This document shows positions 27,888-39,588 of a DNA stretch of 64,000 bases, piece by piece. Source of the DNA: Candidatus Latescibacterota bacterium. Its GTDB lineage: Bacteria; Latescibacterota; UBA2968. Location of the stretch: contig OZ242195.1 in assembly GCA_965205975.1 (NCBI GenBank), positions 3,584,001 to 3,648,000 of the forward strand, written 5' to 3'. The first letter of the stretch is position 1. The number at the start of each line of letters is the position of its first letter. The notes under the pieces were generated by a model, which worked only from the letters and a program-made list of their open reading frames with translations, did no database searches and had not been told where the DNA came from. A program made the translations under genes and the position numbers.

Positions 27888-27972
27888 CCAGTAGTCAGTA
27901 GCCAGTTACCCACATCGCCCCACCGGAGTTGGGTGGTTGGGACTGACAACTGACAACCGATAACTGATAACT
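27883..27972. repeat. Inverted heptamer tandem-arm element
   Basis: (agtagcc/agtagtc)n, central hairpin, (actgaca/actgata)n; contains the stop codon of the binding-protein gene. Confidence 0.7.
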
Positions 27973-27976
27973 AACC

Positions 27977-28975
27977 ATGACCAACTACATCATCCGCCGT
28001 CTATTGCACATGATCCCCACGCTGATCCTGATCTCAATGGTCAGCTTTGTGGTCATACAAGCGCCGCCGGGCGATATGCTCACCTCTCGTCTCGCCGAAC
28101 TGGCCGAACAAGGCGAACTCGGATCTGAAAGCGCAATGGCGCAAATAGAAACCCTGCGCGAACGCTATGGCCTCAACGACCCGATCTATGTGCAATACAT
28201 CAACTGGATCTGGAAAATCGTCAGCGAAGGCGACTTCGGACAATCCTTCACTTATGAAATGGACGTGATGGAACTCCTGGCTGAGCGCCTGGGACTCACC
28301 CTCACCCTCACGCTTTCCACATTGATCTTCACCTGGATCGTCGCCATACCCATTGGCATCTACTCTGCCACCCGACAATATTCGATAGGCGATTACGGCT
28401 TTACCTTTCTCGGGTTCATCGGCCTGGCCACCCCAAACTTTTTGCTGGCTTTGGTTATTATGTTCATTCAGGTCGCCGTCTTTGAAGCCGAATCCGTAGG
28501 GGGTCTTCTCTCTCCCGAATACATCGGCGCTGCCTGGTCGTGGGCAAAATTTGTCGATCTCCTCAAACATATATGGGTACCCATCATCGTCATCGGCACG
28601 GGCAGCACAGCGGGCATCATCCGCATTATGCGCGGCAACCTGCTCGACATACTCGGCCAACAACACATTCAAACCGGCCGCGCCAAGGGCCTCAAAGAAG
28701 GCAAAGTCATCGTCAAATACGGCGTGCGCATCGCCATCAACCCCCTCGTCAGCCGCCTGGGCCTCGAACTGCCCAGCCTGCTCTCTGGCGCCGTTGTTAC
28801 CGGCATTGTGCTCGGCCTGCCAACAGCCGGCCCCATTTTTCTCACCGCACTCACATCGCAAGACATGTATCTGGCAGGTGCATTTCTGCTCCTATCCGCC
28901 ACCTTCTTGCTCATCGGCAACTTATTAGCCGATATTCTTCTGGCATGGCTCGACCCGAGGATTCGCTATGAGTAG
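27977..28975 (+). CDS. ABC permease, DppB/OppB-like
   Basis: YIIRRLL, APPGD, GDFGQSF, TGRAKGL EAA loop, LLADILLAWLDPRIR. Confidence 0.93.
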   Translation: MTNYIIRRLLHMIPTLILISMVSFVVIQAPPGDMLTSRLAELAEQGELGSESAMAQIETLRERYGLNDPIYVQYINWIWKIVSEGDFGQSFTYEMDVMELLAERLGLTLTLTLSTLIFTWIVAIPIGIYSATRQYSIGDYGFTFLGFIGLATPNFLLALVIMFIQVAVFEAESVGGLLSPEYIGAAWSWAKFVDLLKHIWVPIIVIGTGSTAGIIRIMRGNLLDILGQQHIQTGRAKGLKEGKVIVKYGVRIAINPLVSRLGLELPSLLSGAVVTGIVLGLPTAGPIFLTALTSQDMYLAGAFLLLSATFLLIGNLLADILLAWLDPRIRYE

Positions 28976-30107
28976 TTTCGTCGAAACACCTCCCGACGAG
29001 CGCGTGGAAAGCGTTGGTGAAAATACAACTACCGCCACCTATTCACAGCGCCAGCTCATCTGGCGGCGTTTCAAAAAACACCGCGCCGGCGTCATTGGTG
29101 GATGTGTGGTCATCTTTCTCTACTTATGCGTCTTTCTGGGCGAATTTCTATGCCCACACGACCCGGCGCATCGCTATTACAACTATGTACACCTGCCCGC
29201 CCAGCGCATCCACATATTCTCTCAAGACGGCATCCACTGGCCCTTTGTCTATGGCATCAAAAAATCTTTTGACCTGCAAACCGGTATCAAAGCCTACACA
29301 GAAGACGCCTCTGTGCGCTATCCCGTGTACCCTTTTGCGAGAGGTGCCGAATACACATTCTATGGCCTCTTTACCACCGACATCCACATGTTTGGCACCG
29401 GCAAAGGCAATCCCCTGTTCCTCCTTGGCACCGACCGCTTTGGGCGCGACATGCTCTCGCGCATCATCGCAGGAGGCCGCATCTCCCTCACCATTGGCCT
29501 CCTCGCCGTATTCATCAGCCTCACCCTCGGCTCTACACTCGGTGTGATCTCTGGCTATTACGGTGGCAATACCGACAATATCATCCAGCGCATCATCGAA
29601 CTCATCTTTGCATTTCCATCTATCCCCATTCTCATGGCCCTCAGCGCAATATTGCCTCCCGAATGGCCCTCGCATCTGGTCTTTATGGGCATTGTCACTG
29701 TACTTGCGCTCGTCGGATGGGGCGGACTCGCCCGTGAAATACGCGGCAAAACCCTGTCCATCCGCGAAGCCGACTTTGTACTGGCCGCCCGCGTAGCTGG
29801 CGCCAAGGATCGGCGCATCATCTTTCGACACCTGCTCCCATCCATGTTTAGCCACATCATCGTCATTGCTACCCTCGCTATTCCCGGATTTATCCTCGGC
29901 GAAAGCACATTGAGTTTTCTGGGCCTGGGCATCAAACCGCCCATGACATCCTGGGGACTGCTCTTATCCGACGCCATGAACATTCATTCGCTCAGTCTCT
30001 ATCCCTGGCTCCTCATGCCGGGTGTCTGCATCATCATCGCCGTCCTCGCCTTCAACTTCCTCGGCGATGGCCTGCGCGATGCAGCCGATCCTTATTCAAG
30101 CAGATAA
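28968..30107 (+). CDS. ABC permease, DppC/OppC-like
   Basis: WRRFKKH, LGTDRFGRDMLSR, FVLAARVAGA, ESTLSFLGLG, FNFLGDGLRDAADP. Confidence 0.93.
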   Translation: MSSFVETPPDERVESVGENTTTATYSQRQLIWRRFKKHRAGVIGGCVVIFLYLCVFLGEFLCPHDPAHRYYNYVHLPAQRIHIFSQDGIHWPFVYGIKKSFDLQTGIKAYTEDASVRYPVYPFARGAEYTFYGLFTTDIHMFGTGKGNPLFLLGTDRFGRDMLSRIIAGGRISLTIGLLAVFISLTLGSTLGVISGYYGGNTDNIIQRIIELIFAFPSIPILMALSAILPPEWPSHLVFMGIVTVLALVGWGGLAREIRGKTLSIREADFVLAARVAGAKDRRIIFRHLLPSMFSHIIVIATLAIPGFILGESTLSFLGLGIKPPMTSWGLLLSDAMNIHSLSLYPWLLMPGVCIIIAVLAFNFLGDGLRDAADPYSSR

Positions 30108-30110
30108 AAT

Positions 30111-31097
30111 ATGACCCAACCGCTCTTAGACATACGCGAACTCAAAACCTATTTTCACACCGACGATGGCGTCGTGCGCGCGGTTGATGGCGTATCTCTA
30201 TCCATAGCACCCGAAAAAACACTCGGCGTGGTCGGTGAATCCGGCTGTGGAAAAAGCATCACCGCCTTTTCAACCATGCGCCTCATCCCGAGCCCACCCG
30301 GCAAAATCGAACACGGGCAGATCCTCTTTCACAAAGATCCCGAAAGCGATCCCATTGACCTGACACAACTCAACCCCAAAGGTACACAGATGCGCGACAT
30401 CCGCGGGAATGACATCGCCATGATCTTTCAGGAGCCTATGACCTCTCTCAGCCCTGTACACACCGTGGGCAATCAAATTTCCGAAGCGATCATGCTGCAT
30501 CAGAGTACAGATAAAAAAGAAGCCCGTGAACGCGCCATTGATGCCCTCAACAAAGTACGCCTACCGCGTCCTGACCGTCAGGTCAATGCGTATCCCCATG
30601 AACTCTCAGGCGGCATGCGCCAGCGCGCCATGATCGCAATGGCCCTCTCGTGCAACCCCAGCTTGCTCATCGCCGACGAACCCACGACAGCCCTCGACGT
30701 CACGGTACAGGCCCAAATCCTGGACCTGATGCGCCATCTCCAATCCGACATCGGCATGGCGATCATGCTCATCACCCACGACCTCGGCGTCGTCGCCAGC
30801 ATGGCCGATTATGTCGCAGTCATGTACCTGGGCAAAATCGTCGAATACGCCGACACGCGCACCGTCTTCAAAAATCCGCGCCATCCCTACACTATGGGCC
30901 TGCTGAACTCCATCCCACAAGTGGGGCAAAAACGCCGCCTGGTACCCATCGAAGGCACAATCCCCGATCCCTTTGAAATCCCACAGGGCTGCGCCTTTGC
31001 CCCGCGGTGCCCGCATGCAATGGATAAGTGCCGCGAAGAACCACAACTCCTCGAAATCGAATCGGGTCATCGCGTCAGTTGCTGGCTGGAAAACTGA
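30111..31097 (+). CDS. ABC ATPase, DppD/OppD-like
   Basis: [26 protein letters not shown]-terminal CAFAPRC. Confidence 0.94.
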   Translation: MTQPLLDIRELKTYFHTDDGVVRAVDGVSLSIAPEKTLGVVGESGCGKSITAFSTMRLIPSPPGKIEHGQILFHKDPESDPIDLTQLNPKGTQMRDIRGNDIAMIFQEPMTSLSPVHTVGNQISEAIMLHQSTDKKEARERAIDALNKVRLPRPDRQVNAYPHELSGGMRQRAMIAMALSCNPSLLIADEPTTALDVTVQAQILDLMRHLQSDIGMAIMLITHDLGVVASMADYVAVMYLGKIVEYADTRTVFKNPRHPYTMGLLNSIPQVGQKRRLVPIEGTIPDPFEIPQGCAFAPRCPHAMDKCREEPQLLEIESGHRVSCWLEN

Positions 31098-31120
31098 TCG
31101 CATCGCAAACGGAACCGGAC

Positions 31121-32125
<1,005 letters not shown>

Positions 32126-32133
32126 GAAAAAAA

Positions 32134-32949
32134 ATGTCTCTAACACAAGAACAACTCGACCGCTTTCGCTCCTCGGGTTACGCCATAGTCCCCGACATGT
32201 TCACCTGTCGGGAAATACGCGCCATGCGCGCTGAACTCGACCGCTTCAAACGCGAGGGCCTCCTCCGCAATGTCGCCACCGACGGGGATGGGCAGACCCA
32301 TTCACAAACGCAAATCAACCTGCAAATTTGTCCCATCACCCCAAAAAGCGCGTTTTATCGCGCCCTGCACTTTCACCCCAAAGTCCTCGCGCTTGTCGAG
32401 CAACTCATCGGCTCTCCCTTTGTGTTCTACCTCGACCAGATCTTTCTCAAACCCGGCAAACAGGGCATAGGCACGGACTGGCACCAAGACAACGCGTATT
32501 TCAAAATCAGCGACCCCGCCAAAGGCGTTGGCATGTGGGTTGCCCTTCACGACGCCAACATCGCCAACGGCACCCTGCACATCGTACCCGGCAGCCACCG
32601 CGAAATCTACGACCATGGTCGGGACCCCAACAGCGATCATCACATCCACTGCACAGTACCCGAAGAAAGAGCCATCCCCATCGAATTCCCAGCCGGGGGT
32701 GCAGTCTTCTTCAACTTTGGCATTGCACATCGCACACTTGCAAATACCACAAACAGAGAACGCGCGGGCCTTGCCCTGCACTTTTTGAATACGGCCTATA
32801 TTCCCAAAACCGTCAAAGCGACCCGACGCTATACCCACCTCACAGGTTCCCTTGCCACAGGTGGGGAAAAAGAATACGGCCTTTGCGTTGCCAACACCTG
32901 GTCCAATGAAGTGGATCGCTTACTCATTCCTGCGCCCTTGCCCTCATAA
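32134..32949 (+). CDS. Phytanoyl-CoA dioxygenase (PhyH) family Fe(II)/2OG enzyme
   Basis: LTQEQLDRF...GY, IFLKP, WHQD, WVALHD..IANGTLHIVPGSH, distal H and R (AHRT..N...ER). Confidence 0.9.
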   Translation: MSLTQEQLDRFRSSGYAIVPDMFTCREIRAMRAELDRFKREGLLRNVATDGDGQTHSQTQINLQICPITPKSAFYRALHFHPKVLALVEQLIGSPFVFYLDQIFLKPGKQGIGTDWHQDNAYFKISDPAKGVGMWVALHDANIANGTLHIVPGSHREIYDHGRDPNSDHHIHCTVPEERAIPIEFPAGGAVFFNFGIAHRTLANTTNRERAGLALHFLNTAYIPKTVKATRRYTHLTGSLATGGEKEYGLCVANTWSNEVDRLLIPAPLPS

Positions 32950-33211
32950 CCCGCTTCACCTTGTAAACCTCGCGCCAAAGTACCCGGACCTTACCCTGTC
33001 TCTCCGTCGTCACCACAATCTCCTCTTCATCCGCCCGCAACAAAATCCCCTGAAATGCCATGCCCTCTCTGGTCTCTATCAACACAGAATCTCCCACCGA
33101 GACTTGCTCTGGGGAATGCACCACCTCGTAATAATTATAAGAAGAGGGCGATGTGGTCTCGCATCCACAAATCCACAGACCCAAAATAGCAACGATTAGC
33201 AGCCTGTTCAT
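32924..33211 (-). CDS. Small lipoprotein, possible Sm/LSm-like beta-barrel
   Basis: MNRLLIVAILGLWICGC lipobox; VGDSVLIETREG..FQGILLRADEEEIVV...VRVLWREV. Confidence 0.65.
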   Translation of the reverse strand: MNRLLIVAILGLWICGCETTSPSSYNYYEVVHSPEQVSVGDSVLIETREGMAFQGILLRADEEEIVVTTERQGKVRVLWREVYKVKRVMRARAQE

Positions 33212-33219
33212 AATATGCC

Positions 33220-34098
33220 TCACAGCGGTTCTGCTGAAAAAACTCGCCACTGATCCACTGGTCGAAATTTCTGCTTGAACTGACGCAAACCCGATAAACC
33301 CAAATCCCCAGCGTCATTCACACGGTGATAAGCCGATAGCTCGCCATAAACCCGCCACCGTAAAAAATACGATAAATCGGGCAAATCGGGATTGGTCTTC
33401 GCAACAAAAAAATGCGCCAAATTGGGGTGCATATCTCCCGCCAGAGCAAAAGCCTCAATCCGCCTTGCCACCTCCACGCACCACCCCCACAACACATCTT
33501 CTGACCAAAAATGAAACTGATCAAGCGCTGCCCGCGTATATCCCCAGTCCAACAAAAAAGGATGCCGACGCCCCTGACGACGACGCCAATGCTTCAACAG
33601 CGCAAAACAATCCGGCACATCCCACACAGTCAAAGCGCGAAAACGGAACGCGTAGGCGCGCTCAAACCGCCGCACTCGCTTGCGCACATCCCTGAAACAT
33701 CGTCCTCTCGCCGCAGCAATTTGCGATGGATCGTAAACGTATTCCGCGTCTTTATCGCGCAGCGCAAACTGTTCGGTATCTACATATTTGGCATCACAGG
33801 CATCTAACCACAAAATTCTCGGCAGACGACCACCCTGATGAGATGCGAGCTTATCGACAACCCTCTTTAGCGTATCAGCATCACAGGGAACAGGTGGCAC
33901 CAGCAAGTCAACGCCTTCTGGACGCTGTATAAACAGACACGTACTCCCCGCAATTTCATCCGCACACACAATCCGATTGGGTGCGAGACTAAAAGCACAG
34001 AGAAAGGGCGGAAAATAACACCAGGCTCGTTTGTTTGCTCGCAAAAACACATCGCGCAAATACTCGCCGTGTGTGGGATCAATGGGATGCCCGATCAC
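33220..34098 (-). CDS. DUF2156 / MprF C-terminal-like GNAT-fold transferase
   Basis: EYVYD...AARGRCFRDVRKRVRRF, IEAFALA, AKTN, VNDAGDLGLSGLRQFKQKFRP (resembles the family INREQDLG..GLRxAKxSYxP motif). Confidence 0.75.
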   Translation of the reverse strand: MIGHPIDPTHGEYLRDVFLRANKRAWCYFPPFLCAFSLAPNRIVCADEIAGSTCLFIQRPEGVDLLVPPVPCDADTLKRVVDKLASHQGGRLPRILWLDACDAKYVDTEQFALRDKDAEYVYDPSQIAAARGRCFRDVRKRVRRFERAYAFRFRALTVWDVPDCFALLKHWRRRQGRRHPFLLDWGYTRAALDQFHFWSEDVLWGWCVEVARRIEAFALAGDMHPNLAHFFVAKTNPDLPDLSYFLRWRVYGELSAYHRVNDAGDLGLSGLRQFKQKFRPVDQWRVFSAEPL

Positions 34099-35092
34099 CT
34101 TGCCGCCGCCTTTTGAGATCAGCTGTGTACAGTGCCCCGTGATATTTGCCAGTTACAAGAGGCTGTGGCTTCCCTGTAGAAATAAGACGAATCATCTGAC
34201 TAACCCCACCCAATACCTGGGCACCGACATATTCATTAAACTCTGGTACTATTTCCACAGGCGCAAAGCCCATCTCGATCAACAAGCCAATCGCCCGCGC
34301 TGTCTCATCTGGTGAACGACGGCCAAAACTGACAAATCCCTGCTTACCCACCTCGGGCACCAGCGCAGAAGCACCCCGTGAAACAAATAACGACAAACCG
34401 GGCAACGTATAGGGTGGATCGGTAAAAAACACATCCATTTGCCCGCACAGATCAGCCGGAATATCCTCGCGCAAATCGCGTGCGACCACAGTAATAGCCA
34501 ACCCCTCGCGTTCACTGATCACACCGAGAAAATCAACGAGCCGTCCATCGCACTCCAGCACCACCACCTGCCCGAGCACAATCTCCAAATGCTGTGCCAA
34601 CAATCCCACCGCCACCGACGTCAGATCGTCGTCACCCAGAACGAGTAAATTTCGCCCTTCGAGTGCATCGTGTTCGTACAAATACACCGCGCGCCTTAAA
34701 ACAGTCTCAGGCGTTGCATGGGACTGATCCAGTCTGACATCGACCTCTGGCCGCCTCTCAGCAATATCTGCAAGGCGTTTGCACACATCTTTCAAAACCA
34801 CAGGAATGGGGGGCACGCCCGGGCGCGCAAAGCGTTTGCGGCACGAAAGCCCCAACTCCGACTGCACAACACCCAGGCCCTTACTCGTGAGCGAAATCCC
34901 ACCTTTTCGCGTCAAAATACCTCTTTTTTCCAATTCCCCTCGCACAGCGGCAACCACAGGAACGGGCAAGCCCGCCTCCTGGGCGACATTGCGAATGGGA
35001 ATCTGCTCAGACATAAAAACCGTTCGCAGAATGCGACGCACGCCCTCGGCACCTTCGGCCAGCCGCGCCTGGGTTGCCACCTCGCGCAGCAA
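34079..35092 (-). CDS. Branched-chain polyamine synthase BpsA-like (DUF43) aminopropyltransferase with N-terminal HTH-like extension
   Basis: RP...LDQSHATPETVLRR, VLGDDDLTSVA, DVFFTDPPYT, GLSLFVSRG, PEFNEY. Confidence 0.8.
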   Translation of the reverse strand: MLREVATQARLAEGAEGVRRILRTVFMSEQIPIRNVAQEAGLPVPVVAAVRGELEKRGILTRKGGISLTSKGLGVVQSELGLSCRKRFARPGVPPIPVVLKDVCKRLADIAERRPEVDVRLDQSHATPETVLRRAVYLYEHDALEGRNLLVLGDDDLTSVAVGLLAQHLEIVLGQVVVLECDGRLVDFLGVISEREGLAITVVARDLREDIPADLCGQMDVFFTDPPYTLPGLSLFVSRGASALVPEVGKQGFVSFGRRSPDETARAIGLLIEMGFAPVEIVPEFNEYVGAQVLGGVSQMIRLISTGKPQPLVTGKYHGALYTADLKRRRQGDRASH

Positions 35093-35111
35093 GTCAACGG
35101 AGAAACTTGAC

Positions 35112-36200
35112 CTATGCCGTTTCGGAATCAGTGTTATCGTCAGCCTCCTCGCTCACAACCCCGAGATCATCGTCCCGAGCAAGCAAATTTTCATCATCCT
35201 TGCGATGTCTTAAAACCACATACATCAAACTCAGCCCCGACGCATAAGTCGCCTGAACATAAGCAACCACAATCCCCGTAATCACAATGAGCATCACCCC
35301 GAGAATACCACCACCCCAGACCTCTGCTCCCGACGGTGTCCCCGGCACGGGCAAACTCGCAAACAAATCATCCCATTTCTCCGGGACAAACAAGAGATAG
35401 TGCGATGCCACATAAAAAAGATTGGCCAGTTTAACATCCATAAACCAACCACATACCCAGGCAATCAGACCAATCGCAGCCATGGTCAAAGCTCCCAGCA
35501 GCATCAAACCAACCCAAACTGCAAAAATCATCCACACCGCATACAAAACCAATCGCCAGGGCTGTGACCACGTCAGTGAAAACGACTGTATCACAACATC
35601 TAAAATATCATACCCCTCAGTGCCCACAATAGCTGGCGACATAATCACAGCAACAACAAATACCAGACTGACAAACACAGCCAACAATGCCGCAAAAAAA
35701 ATGGGAATAAAACACAGCGCGAAAACGACTTCACCCACCACTGGGATCCAGCCGGCAACCCACCCAATCGCAATACCGCCAATCACAAAAAGAGCAAACA
35801 GAGCGAGCACCGCAACAGGACCAAACAGCACGGTTTTCCAGCGTAATCTCGCAAATCGCAAAGCATCGCCAACCGAATAAAACTCATCGCCCCGCAGTTG
35901 CTGAAAAGTGATCTTGCACATCATACTGGTCGTTACAAACGCCACCGCAAGGGCAAACACCATACCCAAAATGTGCAATCCCGTACCAAACAGATCAAAT
36001 TCACCAAGCGTTGCGCCGGGGAATAAACCATATCGCTGCCACAGACCCGCACCACCCGCGCGAACATGCGCGATAAGCAACAAAACCGAATACCCCACCC
36101 AGGCCACAATTAGTCCCAACAGCCCAACCCAAATTTTTTTCCCAGACCAACCCAGCCGCACACACCGAAAAATATCTCGAATATCAAAATGCAGATTCAT
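35112..36200 (-). CDS. Multi-pass membrane protein of unknown function
   Basis: About 6-7 hydrophobic segments; QSFSLTWSQPWRL; YVVLR near the C-terminus. Confidence 0.8.
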   Translation of the reverse strand: MNLHFDIRDIFRCVRLGWSGKKIWVGLLGLIVAWVGYSVLLLIAHVRAGGAGLWQRYGLFPGATLGEFDLFGTGLHILGMVFALAVAFVTTSMMCKITFQQLRGDEFYSVGDALRFARLRWKTVLFGPVAVLALFALFVIGGIAIGWVAGWIPVVGEVVFALCFIPIFFAALLAVFVSLVFVVAVIMSPAIVGTEGYDILDVVIQSFSLTWSQPWRLVLYAVWMIFAVWVGLMLLGALTMAAIGLIAWVCGWFMDVKLANLFYVASHYLLFVPEKWDDLFASLPVPGTPSGAEVWGGGILGVMLIVITGIVVAYVQATYASGLSLMYVVLRHRKDDENLLARDDDLGVVSEEADDNTDSETA

Positions 36201-36208
36201 ATTACTCC

Positions 36209-36775
36209 TTACTGTTCAGATGGTTCTTCCCGCTCATTCAAATTGAGCACCTCTCGAACTGCAGTCAAAAAATCGCCCAATTCCATGTGTGATGTTTGCA
36301 CTTGCGCGGGTTTGCTGCGCACACCCGGAGGCAGAGGTACATGCCTGAGCATGACCTGACGATTTCCACCTTCGCCCACCTGTACGGCATAACAACCCTG
36401 TCCCAACCCCACCGGCCACGGCGATCCAAAACCATCTCGCTTCGAAAGAAACAACACTGTCTCTTGTCCTGCCACAAACTGCGGCATACCTGGCACCTGC
36501 ATGCGTCGCCCTTCCCATTTACCACCGGGTAAAGTCAGCACCATTTCTGAATCAGCCTGCCCTTTGACCACCTCCATGACTCTGAACCGCGTTTGCGTAA
36601 AAATACCTTCTCGATCAGCAAAAACTGCATTCTCGCGCGTGAGACATTTGACATAGACAATAGTCTGTGCGGTTTCGCACATCTCTTCAAAGACAAACGT
36701 CTTCACAGTTGTTGCCCAGGCGGGTGTCCACCCCATAGACATCAACATCAGACCAGCAAACAATCGTTTATTCAT
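36209..36775 (-). CDS. Secreted hypothetical protein
   Basis: Signal peptide ending AWA-TT; IFTQTRFRVMEVVKG, LPGG, VPGMPQF..GQETVLFL, VGLGQG. AGGAGG upstream. Confidence 0.8.
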   Translation of the reverse strand: MNKRLFAGLMLMSMGWTPAWATTVKTFVFEEMCETAQTIVYVKCLTRENAVFADREGIFTQTRFRVMEVVKGQADSEMVLTLPGGKWEGRRMQVPGMPQFVAGQETVLFLSKRDGFGSPWPVGLGQGCYAVQVGEGGNRQVMLRHVPLPPGVRSKPAQVQTSHMELGDFLTAVREVLNLNEREEPSEQ

Positions 36776-36867
36776 TCTCCTACCTCCTGAAAAAACAGCC
36801 GCCAGTAAACATTTCAAATATCATCTTCTTATACATCTCAACGGGCAAACAGTTGCAGGATGAACTG

Positions 36868-36968
36868 CGAATCAACGAATCAACGAATCAACGAATCAAC
36901 GAACCCCGCCCATCCTCCCAAAATCAGTATGTACTGCCATTCGTCTATTCGTCTATTCGTCTATTCGT
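36868..36968. repeat. Composite element with inverted 8-mer tandem arms, copy 2
   Basis: (cgaatcaa)x4 + cgaaccccgcccatcctcccaaaatcagtatgtactgcca + (ttcgtcta)n. Confidence 0.85.
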
Positions 36969-38278
36969 TCAAACACCTGCGCTGCCAATCTCAACGCCTC
37001 ATCGCGTCGCGTCACACGCCCTTCTAACTGGGCATCTTCAACAACCCGCAACACCTGCTTAAACGCGGGACCTGGTTTTTGTCCCATCGCAATCAAATCG
37101 CGTCCATTAATCAGCGGAACGGGACGAATTTGTTCTGGCTCCAGATTCTCCAGCGCAGCCTTACAAAACGCATAATTGTCCAACTCGCCGTGGCTCGACA
37201 AACAATCGATCCGGTGCAATGCTAGGTGATCTTCAAACCCATCCGTACGCAAAAACCGCTTCAACGTACTCGATCGCATCTCCTGTACATGCATAAATTT
37301 GTGGTGATCTGCCACCAATGCCACAATATGCTTTGTCTGTTCCGACGAGAAACGCAACCTTCTGCAAATCTCCTCGGTCATCTCGCGCCCAACCTTTGTA
37401 TGATTGTGAAACCGAATGCGATCTCGCACCTGAAAGGTAGGAGGCTTACCCACATCGTGCAACAAAACGCCCATCGCCAATTCTACAGAGGGATTGCGCA
37501 TCAAACCCAACATAATCAGCGTATGGGTCAGCACATCGCCTTCGGGATGAAACTGAGGCGGTTGGGGCACGCCATCCATCGCAACAACTTCGGGCATAAA
37601 AACCGCCATCAACCCCAGATCAATCAGCCAGCGCACCCCCAAAGGCGCGCACCCCTCGGTCAAAATTTTGCCAACTTCATCGCGAATGCGCTCGTGACTT
37701 ATAAACGCAATACTCGCGCTCAGTTCTCCAATAGCCTCTCGCGTCTTCTCCTCAATGGGCCAGTGATACCGACACGCAAAACGAACCGCGCGCAACATAC
37801 GCAATCGATCTTCACTGAATCGAGCATGCGGATCGCCAATCGTGCGAATCACCTTCTTTTTTAAATCCGCCTGCCCACCCACATAGTCAAACACGGCATC
37901 GGCCACCGGATCGTAAAACATCCCATTAATGGTAAAATCGCGCCTCCTCGCATCCTCTTCTTCATCCACAAACACCACACCATCGGGATGCCGACCATCG
38001 GAATACCCCAGATCCCGGCGAAAACGCGCCACCTCATAATGATAATCATCCAAACGCACAATCACCACTCCAAAATGCGCCCCAACCACCTGTGCATGCG
38101 GAAAAATGCCGATCACCTGTTGGAGATCGGCATTTGTGGCAATATCGTAATCGCGAGGCACCTGCCCCATCAACATGTCGCGCACGCATCCACCAGCCCA
38201 CAAAGCGCGAAAACCCCGCGCCTGCAAACGACGCACAACTTCCAGCGCACCCGTGCGTGCATCCTGATCATTCGTCAC
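36953..38278 (-). CDS. cca: CCA-adding tRNA nucleotidyltransferase / poly(A) polymerase family with HD domain
   Basis: AGGCVRD, DYDIAT, RRDFTIN, EDRLRMLRAVRF, ERIRDE, HPEGDVLTH, LLHDVGKP. Confidence 0.85.
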   Translation of the reverse strand: MTNDQDARTGALEVVRRLQARGFRALWAGGCVRDMLMGQVPRDYDIATNADLQQVIGIFPHAQVVGAHFGVVIVRLDDYHYEVARFRRDLGYSDGRHPDGVVFVDEEEDARRRDFTINGMFYDPVADAVFDYVGGQADLKKKVIRTIGDPHARFSEDRLRMLRAVRFACRYHWPIEEKTREAIGELSASIAFISHERIRDEVGKILTEGCAPLGVRWLIDLGLMAVFMPEVVAMDGVPQPPQFHPEGDVLTHTLIMLGLMRNPSVELAMGVLLHDVGKPPTFQVRDRIRFHNHTKVGREMTEEICRRLRFSSEQTKHIVALVADHHKFMHVQEMRSSTLKRFLRTDGFEDHLALHRIDCLSSHGELDNYAFCKAALENLEPEQIRPVPLINGRDLIAMGQKPGPAFKQVLRVVEDAQLEGRVTRRDEALRLAAQVFERIDE

Positions 38279-38298
38279 ATCAAATCACCTCTTTACCA

Positions 38299-39588
38299 TT
38301 ACTCCTCCACGGTCACCCGCTGAATACGCGCACCCAAACTGCGCAAGCGCGAATCAATTTGTTCGTATCCGCGATCAATCTGTTCGATATTTCTAATCAC
38401 ACTTTGACCCTCGGCACACAAAGCCGCAATAATCAGCGCCATACCCGCCCGAATATCTGGGCTCGACAAATGCTCGCCATAAAGTTTTGACGGGCCCACC
38501 ACCACCGCGCGGTGCGGGTCACAAATAACAATCTTCGCGCCCATATCGATGAGACGGTCCAACCAGTACATACGCTGCTCAAACATCTTTTCAAAAAACA
38601 GCACCGTACCCCGTGCCTGCGTCGCCAACACAATCGCAATACTCATCAAATCGGGCGGAAAACCCGGCCACGGATCATTGTCAATGCGCGGAATCGCATC
38701 ACCCACATCCGGCATAATCTCCAGCTTTTGAAAAGGCGGCACCACAATATCCTGTCCATCGACCTCAACATCCAGCCCCAATCGCCGAAACACCATCAAA
38801 CTCTTGCGCATATTTTTGGGCGCAGCATTGACAATGCGAATCTCGCTATTGGTCGCCCCGGCCAACCCAATAAAACTGCCGACCTCCATATAATCTGGAC
38901 CGATTGTATGCGTCGTTCCACTGAGATTTAACACGCCATCAATAACCAGTTCATTGGTCCCAATACCTGAAATTTGAGCACCCATCCTGTTCAGCATCAA
39001 ACACAATTCCTGTACATGAGGCTCTGAAGCCACATTGCTCAAAATAGTCCTACCCCGCGCAAGAACCGCTGCCATCACGGCATTTTCTGTGCCAGTTACA
39101 CTGCGTTCATCTAAAAAAATGTCCGCCCCTACAAGTCCTATGGGCGCCTTAAAATCATAAATGTGATTGGTATGGATCCGCCCACCGAGTTCTTCGAGCG
39201 CAATCAAATGTGTATCAACCCGCCGCCGACCAATGCGGTCGCCCCCAGGTCGCGGAATCGTCGCCTGCCCAAAACGCCCCAACAACGGACCCGCAAACAT
39301 AAAACTACCGCGCACTTTTCGGCACAAATCCTCCCGCAACACAGATTTGTGGACATCCCGTGTGCAAATAGTCAGCTCGTGATCACCTGAGTAGCGAACC
39401 TCTGCCCCCAGATCGCGCAAAATTTCGACAATAACAGCGATATCACCAATATCGGGCACATTTTTCAGCACCACGGGTTCGTCTGTCAACAAAGTCGCCG
39501 CCAAAAGAGGTTGGGCCGCATTCTTATTCCCAGCCGGAACAACAGTTCCAGATAGAGCATGTCCACCTTCGATAACAAATTGTTCCAT
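38299..39588 (-). CDS. murA: UDP-N-acetylglucosamine 1-carboxyvinyltransferase
   Basis: [52 protein letters not shown]. Confidence 0.94.
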   Translation of the reverse strand: MEQFVIEGGHALSGTVVPAGNKNAAQPLLAATLLTDEPVVLKNVPDIGDIAVIVEILRDLGAEVRYSGDHELTICTRDVHKSVLREDLCRKVRGSFMFAGPLLGRFGQATIPRPGGDRIGRRRVDTHLIALEELGGRIHTNHIYDFKAPIGLVGADIFLDERSVTGTENAVMAAVLARGRTILSNVASEPHVQELCLMLNRMGAQISGIGTNELVIDGVLNLSGTTHTIGPDYMEVGSFIGLAGATNSEIRIVNAAPKNMRKSLMVFRRLGLDVEVDGQDIVVPPFQKLEIMPDVGDAIPRIDNDPWPGFPPDLMSIAIVLATQARGTVLFFEKMFEQRMYWLDRLIDMGAKIVICDPHRAVVVGPSKLYGEHLSSPDIRAGMALIIAALCAEGQSVIRNIEQIDRGYEQIDSRLRSLGARIQRVTVEE

